A stretch of 64,000 bases of DNA from an uncultured Gammaproteobacteria bacterium (GTDB lineage: Bacteria > Patescibacteriota > Microgenomatia > Levybacterales > GWA1-39-11), in NCBI GenBank assembly GCA_964427615.1, contig CAYRUR010000003.1:44062-108061 (forward strand), read 5' to 3'. The notes beneath the pieces were generated by a model. That model searched no databases, was not told the DNA's origin, and was given only the letters and a program-made list of their open reading frames with translations. Every line of letters begins with the position of its first letter. Within the stretch, counting starts at the first letter, position 1. Shown here piece after piece: positions 1-7,313 of the stretch. The translations under genes and the position numbers were made by a program.

Positions 1-603
1 ATTGCCTATATCGGATTATTTGCTATCATTTTTGCTGAATCAGGTCTCTTGATTGGCTTTTTCTTACCTGGGGATAGTCTTCTTTTTACTGCCGGATTCT
101 TAGCTTCACAAGGACTGCTGGATATTTATATTCTAGTACCATTACTCTTTTTAGCAGCAGTATTGGGAGATAGCGCAGGCTATGCTTTTGGAGCCAAGGT
201 AGGAAAAAGACTTTTTCATAGAAAAGAATCTCTTCTTTTTCACAGACATAATTTAGAAAAAGCGCAGCAGTTCTATGAAAAACATGGAAAAAAGACCATC
301 ATTCTTGCTCGTTTTATGCCCGTTATTAGAACATTTGCGCCTATTGTTGCCGGAATCGGAGATATGAATTACAAGACGTTTATTACGTATAACGTTATTG
401 GAGGACTATTATGGGCAGTGTGTTTACCACTGGCTGGTTATTTCTTAGGAAGCTTAATTCCTAATGCAGATAAATATCTCCATTACATTATTGCGGTGAT
501 CATCTTTGTTTCTATATTGCCCCCAATAGTGCACGTTTTAAGAGAGAAGGAGAGCAGAGATAGTCTCATTAAATTAGCAAAACGCTTTGTACCTATAAAA
601 TAA
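1..603 (+). CDS. DedA/SNARE-associated (TVP38-like) family integral membrane protein, 5' end truncated by window start (listed ORF starts at 49 but the frame is open from base 1)
   Basis: Translation ...GDSLLFTAGFLAS...GDSAGYAFGAKVGKRLF... matches DedA family signature; multiple TM helices; reading frame open to position 1. Confidence 0.75.
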   Translation: MAYIGLFAIIFAESGLLIGFFLPGDSLLFTAGFLASQGLLDIYILVPLLFLAAVLGDSAGYAFGAKVGKRLFHRKESLLFHRHNLEKAQQFYEKHGKKTIILARFMPVIRTFAPIVAGIGDMNYKTFITYNVIGGLLWAVCLPLAGYFLGSLIPNADKYLHYIIAVIIFVSILPPIVHVLREKESRDSLIKLAKRFVPIK

Positions 604-779
604 AAACTCCTAACCTCGTTTTATATTCTAAAACTTCATTTAGCTAAAATATTCTTAGATAGAAAATTGGAGAGAACTAAGCCGAAGGTTACTTGATATA
701 AAAAACTGTTGTGTAAACACACCCTTTGCGCTTGCAAAGACAGTTTTTTTATTTCTTTCATCCTCCGGCCCTGTGTCGG

Positions 780-989
780 CTATTCAACCCAAATATGTTC
801 GCAGGAGAGACATCTTTTGTAGGTTTTCCCGGTGCTTGGGTCATGTTCAAGGATTTCTTCCTCTGGATGCCCTCTTTTGTGACACTCCTGTCGTTTCTTG
901 AGAACCTCAGGATCTAATTCCTGCTTGGTTTCACTCACATCTGTAGAGCTCATGCGTAACTCCTTCCAAAGAAACGAGTAAACCGACAA
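780..989 (-). CDS. small hypothetical protein with Cys/His cluster (possible zinc-ribbon)
   Basis: 69-aa ORF; motif CHKRGH...C-x2-C-EH; no family recognised. Confidence 0.3.
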   Translation of the reverse strand: MSVYSFLWKELRMSSTDVSETKQELDPEVLKKRQECHKRGHPEEEILEHDPSTGKTYKRCLSCEHIWVE

Positions 990-1067
990 TATTGGAAGAA
1001 ATTATACAAAATCAAAAACTAGAGAGCAATTTAAATGTAAATAAAGTATAAAAGTTTTTTCAAAACT

Positions 1068-1152
1068 CGTCATTCTGGGGAAGCTATGCGACTCCAGAAT
1101 CTGGAACGGAATAAAATTGATTCTGGATGCACTCCGTTTACCAGAATGACAA
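1068..1152. mobile_element. MITE-like palindromic element, copy 1 (termini CGTCATTCTGG ... CCAGAATGACA, internal CCAGAATCTGG and GATTCTGG...CCAGAATG sub-repeats)
   Basis: Terminal inverted repeats read directly; homologous copies at 26092-26199 and half-copy at 13316-13351. Confidence 0.55.
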
Positions 1153-1305
1153 AATTAAAAGAAGTTCTGAAATAAGGTGTAGTTTCTCGACTTAGCTCGA
1201 AACGTAAAGAAATATATTTTTCGACCAAGCGCAGTGCGTGGATAAAAACTACTATGCTTAATTAACTGTAACTCTGAAATATAAACAAAGTGAGAAGGAC
1301 GTAAT

Positions 1306-2019
1306 CTAATTAAATCGAAATTTGCGTACAAGCCCTACGACGATTCCCTGAATTTTTACATCTTTTGGATAAATGGGCTGCATAGTAGCGTTTGCTGGTT
1401 TTAGGACAACACGTCCGCTTTCTTTATAGAACCTTTTCAAAGTTGCTAAATTATCATCTACCAGTGCAACTACAATATCTCCGTCACTTGCTACTTCTGT
1501 TTTTTCTATGACTACATAATCTCCATCTAAAATGCCATCCTCTATCATAGAAGATCCTTTCACCTGTAACACGTAGGATGTCTTTTTACCGGAGATCATA
1601 GAGCTTGCAACATGAAAAGTAGCCTCAGGGTCAGAGTGAGGTTCTAGTGGACTGCCTGCTGCAATGTATCCCATGAGCGGAAGCGCAATAGAAGGGCCAA
1701 TTGCTGCCGGAGTAGCACCTATGAGGTTGCCAAGTGATTCTTTTTTGAGGATCTTGAGCGTTCTATTATTACCTTCTACTTTTTGTACATATCCTTTGTC
1801 TACTAATGATCTGATAAGCGCATGGATGGTAGAAGGACTTCTTCTATTCATAGCATCTGCCATTTCACGAAGAGTAGGAGAGTACCCATTTTGTTCTTGA
1901 AATTGGATGATGTAGTTGAGTAATTCGCGTTCTTTTTTATAGAGTACTGCTGGCATAAGAGTAAATATTAGGAAAATTAGATATAAGAAAAATATACGAA
2001 ATATTCTTGAACATTTCAA
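1306..2019 (-). CDS. lexA: LexA repressor (wHTH + S24 peptidase domain); annotated start probably too far upstream, likely true start at Met near 1956 (MPAVLYKKERELLNYI...)
   Basis: N-terminal HTH ...GYSPTLREMADAM...; C-terminal S24 fold with catalytic Ser (KGSSMIEDGI) and Lys (ATLKRF); hydrophobic 21-aa leader before internal Met is atypical. Confidence 0.85.
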   Translation of the reverse strand: MKCSRIFRIFFLYLIFLIFTLMPAVLYKKERELLNYIIQFQEQNGYSPTLREMADAMNRRSPSTIHALIRSLVDKGYVQKVEGNNRTLKILKKESLGNLIGATPAAIGPSIALPLMGYIAAGSPLEPHSDPEATFHVASSMISGKKTSYVLQVKGSSMIEDGILDGDYVVIEKTEVASDGDIVVALVDDNLATLKRFYKESGRVVLKPANATMQPIYPKDVKIQGIVVGLVRKFRFN

Positions 2020-2209
2020 GATGACAAACTATAGCAGACTATATAAAAATTTAAGCGTTTAGGGATTAGATTATTATTTAATAGCTATTAACAGGTTGAA
2101 AAGTACTTTTGATTAAATTGATATACCTTGATTTTGTCAATGGTTTATCTTAAAATGCTTAAAGCCAGGTACTTTAGTAGTCGAAGTACGTCAAGAAAGG
2201 AGGCAAAAC

Positions 2210-2542
2210 ATGCGTGTTGTTGCCTTGAAGCGTAAGACTGTAAGCCTCATGCTGGTCTTGCTGCTTAGCACAATGATGCTTGCAGCTTCGGTATTACCAG
2301 CACAAGCTGCGGCATGTTTCTCAGGTCGAGGTTTTGGCTGGAGGAACGGACACCACTACGTGTGGTTTACGGTAAACATGTCAGCTTCTCACTGGGACGT
2401 CACCGAGCCCTGGTACGTTCCAAATGCACAGCTCTGGGCACATCCGAATGATTCTGGGTATGCTGAGGCTGGATTTTCCTGGCCTGATGGTGTACCTATA
2501 CCGTTCTCAGCGAGCAATTATCAGTTGTGTGGATGGTCATAG
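2210..2542 (+). CDS. small secreted protein (signal peptide then ~80-aa Trp/Gly/Cys-containing mature domain), GC-rich relative to flanks; bacteriocin-like or cell-surface protein
   Basis: Strong RBS aggaggcaaaacATG; signal peptide MRVVALKRKTVSLMLVLLLSTMMLAASVLPAQA; coding GC clearly higher than neighbours. Confidence 0.5.
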   Translation: MRVVALKRKTVSLMLVLLLSTMMLAASVLPAQAAACFSGRGFGWRNGHHYVWFTVNMSASHWDVTEPWYVPNAQLWAHPNDSGYAEAGFSWPDGVPIPFSASNYQLCGWS

Positions 2543-2601
2543 CTCATTAGAGCGTAGTTCGTCGTAGTGGCGAATACTACGCTTTAAGGAGTATCTTATT
2601 G

Positions 2602-2673
2602 AGGTGACACCTTGTCATGCCTGGTTGGATTGGATAAAGGTCTTACTTAATCCTGTCCGACAAGGTGTCACCT
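2602..2673. repeat. long stem-loop: 15-bp perfect inverted repeat AGGTGACACCTTGTC ... GACAAGGTGTCACCT with ~42-nt loop, followed by TTTCTC; probable transcript 3' structure for the 2210-2542 gene
   Basis: Inverted repeat read directly in sequence. Confidence 0.5.
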
Positions 2674-2729
2674 TTCTCAGTATTTGACATAAGAGTTATG
2701 TTTAAGTATACTGGTTATGGAGCGAACAT

Positions 2730-2975
2730 ATGAAAACTAGTTTTAAACTAAAAATCACAGCTGGAATAGTCTTGCTGTTAGTGGCTGTAGCAAGTTTTGT
2801 GTTTAAAATTTATATTTGGGACTCTGCTAAATATACCTATTGTGTTACGCAATCTAGAGAAGAGTATCCAGAAAATACTGGTGCTCCTAGTGAAGAGCAA
2901 TTGACCTTTTTTGACGAATGTTACAAAAGTTTAAATGGACAAAAGACGATAGACCTTATATTTTCACGGAAATAA
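2730..2975 (+). CDS. hypothetical small membrane-anchored protein
   Basis: 81-aa ORF with N-terminal TM helix; no family recognised. Confidence 0.3.
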   Translation: MKTSFKLKITAGIVLLLVAVASFVFKIYIWDSAKYTYCVTQSREEYPENTGAPSEEQLTFFDECYKSLNGQKTIDLIFSRK

Positions 2976-3106
2976 ACAAAGTTGCTTTATGTGTTTTTGA
3001 GATTGATACATCTGTAACTAAGGAAAGAGTTATACACCTCTTAATGCTAGTTTGACCTTCTATTTTCAATTTTCGTTTTTCGATTTACGATCTAAGATTT
3101 CACCGT

Positions 3107-5110
3107 ATGGTACAATATGAGCGTATGCAATTTGAATTAGCTTCTGATTTTAAGCCTACCGGAGATCAGCCTCAAGCGATAGAAAAGCTTGAGAAGGGTT
3201 TGCAGCAAAATGTAAGAGACCAAGTGTTGCTTGGTGTAACTGGTAGTGGAAAAACATTTACTATTGCCAATGTTATCCAAAAAATCCAAAAGCCAACGTT
3301 GGTTATTTCACACAACAAAACACTAGCTGCACAACTGTATCAAGAGTTGCGTGATTTTTTTCCAAATAATGCAGTCTCTTATTTTGTATCCTACTATGAC
3401 TATTACCAGCCAGAAGCCTATATTCCTACCACTGATACATACATTGCCAAAGAAACCCAAATTAATGAAGAGATTGATAAACTGCGCCTGGCTGCTACTA
3501 CAAATATTTTGACCAGAAATGACACCATTGTCGTTGCCTCAGTATCTGCAATCTACAATTTAGGATCTCCTGAAGAATATGGAAATCGTTTTATAGCCTT
3601 GCAGGCAGGTGAAGCAGTAAATAGAAAAGATCTTCTAGAACAATTCTTAGATCTCATGTACTCTCGAAATGATTATGACTTCAAAAGAGCAACATTTCGG
3701 GTAAAAGGTGAAGTGATAGAAATTTTTCCTGCGTATGAGGACACGGTAGTAAGACTCGTATTGGATGCTGATGTACTTTCCAAAATTCAAATTTTAGATC
3801 CCATGACAGGAGAAATACGTGAATCACGCGAGCGAGTGGTTATTTATCCGGCAAAACATTACATCACAGAACGTTCTGTGTATGACACTGTTTTTAAACA
3901 AATACGGCATGATTTACAACTAAGAGTGGAAGAGCTGCAAAAACAAGGAAAGATGCTTGAAGCAGATAGACTCATGAAAAGGACAGAGTATGATCTCAAG
4001 ATGATGAAGGAAATTGGGTATGTCAATGGTGTTGAAAATTATTCCCGGTATTTTGATGGGAGAAAACCAGGAGAAGCACCTCATTCTTTACTAGACTTTT
4101 TTGAAAAAGCTGCAGGTAAAGATTGGCTGTTGGTAGTGGATGAGTCTCATATGACAATTCCGCAAATCAGAGGGATGTATAACGGAGACAGAGCCAGAAA
4201 AGAGGTTTTGATTAATTATGGTTTTAGATTGCCTTCTGCGTATGACAATAGGCCTCTCACTTTTGATGAATTCAGAGAAAGGATACACAGAACTATGTAT
4301 GTAAGTGCTACTCCGGCTGATTGGGAACTACAGGCAAGCGGAGAAAAGAATGTCATAGAGCAACTCATTAGACCAACGGGAATTGTAGATCCAGAAATTG
4401 AGGTGAGGTCTACTGACGGACAAATTCCTAACTTAATAGAAGAAATTAGAAAAACAATAGCCAAACAACAACGAGTGTTGGTAACTACCCTTACCAAACG
4501 TATGGCAGAGGATTTATCTGCCTTTTTGGAAGAAAAAGAAATAAAAGTAAATTATCTGCATTCAGAGATAGATACACTTGCAAGACAGGATGTTTTGGAT
4601 GATTTGCGGGAGGGAAAATATGATGTGGTCGTGGGAATCAATTTGTTACGAGAAGGTCTTGACTTGCCTGAAGTAGGGCTGGTGGCAATACTTGATGCTG
4701 ATAAAGAAGGATTTTTAAGAAGTAGATCTTCTCTTATCCAGATCATGGGAAGAGGTGCCAGAAGAGTAGACTCACGAGTATTGCTGTATGCGGATACGGT
4801 TACTAGATCCATGAGAGAAGCTATTGATGAGGTTGAAAGAAGAAGAGAATATCAACTTGCATATAATGAAAAGCATGGCATTACACCAAAAACAATTGAG
4901 AAAAGAATTCGTGAGAAATTGATAGAAAGAAAAGAAGAAGTCTCAGATGATATCAAACCACTCCTGGACAAAGAAGTATTATTGCCAGATGATAGAGAGA
5001 AAGTAGTAAAACGTTTGCGCAAAGAAATGCAGGAAGCAGCAAAAGCACTCGATTTTGAGACGGCGGCACTCTTGAGAGATAAAATTAGGTATCTGCAACA
5101 AGGAAGGTGA
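3107..5110 (+). CDS. uvrB: excinuclease ABC subunit B (UvrB)
   Basis: Walker A GVTGSGKTFT, helicase motifs, beta-hairpin region, C-terminal UVR domain (ALDFETAALLRDKIRYLQ); 667 aa. Confidence 0.95.
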   Translation: MVQYERMQFELASDFKPTGDQPQAIEKLEKGLQQNVRDQVLLGVTGSGKTFTIANVIQKIQKPTLVISHNKTLAAQLYQELRDFFPNNAVSYFVSYYDYYQPEAYIPTTDTYIAKETQINEEIDKLRLAATTNILTRNDTIVVASVSAIYNLGSPEEYGNRFIALQAGEAVNRKDLLEQFLDLMYSRNDYDFKRATFRVKGEVIEIFPAYEDTVVRLVLDADVLSKIQILDPMTGEIRESRERVVIYPAKHYITERSVYDTVFKQIRHDLQLRVEELQKQGKMLEADRLMKRTEYDLKMMKEIGYVNGVENYSRYFDGRKPGEAPHSLLDFFEKAAGKDWLLVVDESHMTIPQIRGMYNGDRARKEVLINYGFRLPSAYDNRPLTFDEFRERIHRTMYVSATPADWELQASGEKNVIEQLIRPTGIVDPEIEVRSTDGQIPNLIEEIRKTIAKQQRVLVTTLTKRMAEDLSAFLEEKEIKVNYLHSEIDTLARQDVLDDLREGKYDVVVGINLLREGLDLPEVGLVAILDADKEGFLRSRSSLIQIMGRGARRVDSRVLLYADTVTRSMREAIDEVERRREYQLAYNEKHGITPKTIEKRIREKLIERKEEVSDDIKPLLDKEVLLPDDREKVVKRLRKEMQEAAKALDFETAALLRDKIRYLQQGR

Positions 5111-5118
5111 GAGATAAA

Positions 5119-5140
5119 CCCCCGCAAAAAGAAGCGGGGG
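5119..5140. terminator. GC hairpin CCCCCGC-aaaaagaa-GCGGGGG between convergent uvrB and the 5160-5555 gene; likely bidirectional terminator
   Basis: 7-bp G/C stem read directly; U-rich tract on the minus-strand side. Confidence 0.5.
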
Positions 5141-5159
5141 CGTAAGATTCATTTGTGTC

Positions 5160-5555
5160 TTACTCTGTTACTCTAAAGTCCATCCTCCCTTCTGGAAGTG
5201 TTTGTCCCCATACTCGTACACGATAACCAGATTCTTCCAGCTTTAAGATGTGTACCTCAATTTCTTGAGTGCCTATGATGGTTTCTATATGCACATAGAC
5301 GATGTTGCCGGATTCATCGTAGTACCTCATTCTTTTGCTGTGAGGATACCATTTTTCTTCTTCTTCCCGTACTGCATAGTCCGGAAGATGCTTCTCTTTC
5401 CTCGATGAAATTTTAAGACTATATGCTGGCAGATATGAGAGGTTCCTAAAAATGAACCATTCTTCTAACTCTTTTAGAGTAATATCTTCTGTAAGAAACA
5501 AATCTATCCAATTAGCAGGTGTAATGAAGATCTTGAACATTTCTTTCTCCTTCAT
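5160..5555 (-). CDS. hypothetical protein
   Basis: 131-aa ORF, no recognisable family. Confidence 0.4.
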   Translation of the reverse strand: MKEKEMFKIFITPANWIDLFLTEDITLKELEEWFIFRNLSYLPAYSLKISSRKEKHLPDYAVREEEEKWYPHSKRMRYYDESGNIVYVHIETIIGTQEIEVHILKLEESGYRVRVWGQTLPEGRMDFRVTE

Positions 5556-5677
5556 TTACAAGGTGCCACGTTGTCTGTCGCAGTTGACAGATAGTAAATG
5601 TATTATAACTCTGTAAAGTGAAGGTGACAAGAAACAGATAGGAATGGGGTATAATGCTTAGTTATTCAGTTAATAGG

Positions 5678-5765
5678 TTACGAGTTAATGAGTTAACGAG
5701 TTTATTGTTAGTATTAAGTATAGAACGAAAGTTAAAAGGCAAAATTAAAAAATCAAAAGTATCCA
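5678..5765. repeat. intergenic motif block: GTTACGA-GTTAATGA-GTTAACGA array followed by a 7-bp-period decayed tandem array (agtatta/agtatag/aacgaaa/gttaaaa/ggcaaaa/ttaaaaa/atcaaaa)
   Basis: Periodicity visible by splitting the sequence in 7-mers; same unit types recur at 30035-30125. Confidence 0.5.
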
Positions 5766-5911
5766 TTCGACAAGCTCAGGATGCTGAGTTTACCGAAGCA
5801 CAATTAAAAAGTTAAAAGTTTGAAAACAAGCGTTTAGCGGTTAGGGTTGCGGAGCGAGTACGAATTTCGTACCCGCTCCAAGTTATCGCGTTGAGCTCTC
5901 CGTTAGTCTTG

Positions 5912-6130
5912 CTATTCTTCTTTCCATATTTTGTATATTAAATAGAGGGAAAAAAGAAGGGAAATAAGTCCCAGGGTAAGAAATTTTAACTGGAGTTCTC
6001 CAATTGAGAAAACTCCAACTGGGAAGGAAACGATGAAGGCTGCCTCTCGGTAAATTCTTTTTTTCGTGATCAGCCAAATAAGATAGAGGCCCAAAGCTAG
6101 ATCAAACGAGAATTGGAGCACTTCCAACAT
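5912..6130 (-). CDS. hypothetical small membrane protein (weak)
   Basis: 72-aa hydrophobic ORF in an otherwise long non-coding spacer. Confidence 0.2.
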   Translation of the reverse strand: MLEVLQFSFDLALGLYLIWLITKKRIYREAAFIVSFPVGVFSIGELQLKFLTLGLISLLFSLYLIYKIWKEE

Positions 6131-6329
6131 GTTTTTCTCTCTTTCCTCGAGAAACTCACAGAGACCCCTTCCGCCATTGGAAAAAGCTGTGAGTTCTAGT
6201 CAACTCAATGTGCGATAGTCTGTATTATACAAAAAAATGTCTGAATTTCAATACTATGAGACGTATGTTGTTGAAGATAAATAAAAAATGAGAATGAGTG
6301 TGGAGATTACGTTCTAAGATGAGTTAGAG

Positions 6330-7004
6330 TTACTCTTGCAGACGATAATAGGTTTCGTATAACCTTGCTGTTTGTATCAGTCCTTCACGAGGGAAATCTG
6401 CTGGGGGTGGAATATGTATGTGAAAAGGTGATGATGGATGATCTACATTTTTGACAATTGTTTCCAATGTAAGTATGCCAGAAGGGTCTTCTGTTTGTAG
6501 CTCTCGTAATAGTTCTTGTAGAGTTTTAGGACCATTTTGTGGAATTTGATAAAAGTGAGGATGGACTCCATTTTTGTGATATGGATAAGCAGATAGATCT
6601 ATCATGGTGGAAAAATCTTTTATACTTCTGTTATCCTCTGGTAGCGTTGATGCCACAAGGAGTCCCATGAGTCTTCTTCCTCCGAGAGATGCCTGATTTA
6701 GGGCGGTATGGTTTAGTCTTCGTTTTGATGTAGGTATATCTTCAACCCCAATTTCTTGTATTGCTCGTAAGTCAGTGTAAGTAAGTGCAGCTGAGGCTTC
6801 TAATAAGGAAGATCCATTTTGCACACCATGACTTATAAAAGGAAGTACCCTATCTCTATTGTTGTGTATTTCTTCTATAATTTCAGAAAACTTTTTTTGG
6901 ATATACTCTTTTCCTTCCCGAACTTCTTCTTCAGAAAACTCATCTTTTTCAGGATAATGAGAATATGGTTCATCAGATTCAATAGACATATTACTATTTA
7001 ACAA
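6330..7004 (-). CDS. hypothetical protein
   Basis: 224-aa ORF, acidic N-terminus, no family recognised. Confidence 0.4.
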   Translation of the reverse strand: MLNSNMSIESDEPYSHYPEKDEFSEEEVREGKEYIQKKFSEIIEEIHNNRDRVLPFISHGVQNGSSLLEASAALTYTDLRAIQEIGVEDIPTSKRRLNHTALNQASLGGRRLMGLLVASTLPEDNRSIKDFSTMIDLSAYPYHKNGVHPHFYQIPQNGPKTLQELLRELQTEDPSGILTLETIVKNVDHPSSPFHIHIPPPADFPREGLIQTARLYETYYRLQE

Positions 7005-7096
7005 ATATCTTTTTTGAACAATGTGAGAAGTTGATAAGAATTATGATTGAATTTTTACCTCATTTTAGGCTATAATAGTACACTTTGGGGAAAAGC

Positions 7097-7305
7097 GATG
7101 AATGAGTTAATGAGTGGCGCGTTAAAGAGTTAACGAGTTGAATTTTAGTATGAAGTATTAAGTATGGCAAGAAGAGTGTAGCAGTTTGACTTAAAATACT
7201 TACTGCTTAATACTAATTTAGATTTAAGATTTTTGAAAAAAGAGCTTTACAAACTTTATAACTTTGTAAACTCTTTAACCCGTTAACTCGTAACTCGTTA
7301 ACTAA
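7097..7305. repeat. symmetric motif block upstream of uvrA: GAGTTAATGAG..GCGTTAAAGAGTTAACGAGTT + AGTATGAAGTATTAAGTATGG ... mirrored as ATACTTACTGCTTAATACT + AACTCTTTAACCCGTTAACTCGTAACTCGTTAACT; includes an 8-bp-stem hairpin TTTACAAA-n9-TTTGTAAA
   Basis: Reverse-complement motif pairs read directly; fills the ~310-bp spacer before the uvrA start. Confidence 0.5.
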
Positions 7306-7313
7306 TAAAAATT

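Noticed and set aside
4091-5127. Several 65-93-aa minus-strand ORFs antisense to uvrB (similar antisense ORFs inside uvrA, copA, the 790-aa membrane gene, etc.)
   Set aside because: Fully embedded antisense to strongly supported long genes; typical shadow ORFs in AT-rich DNA
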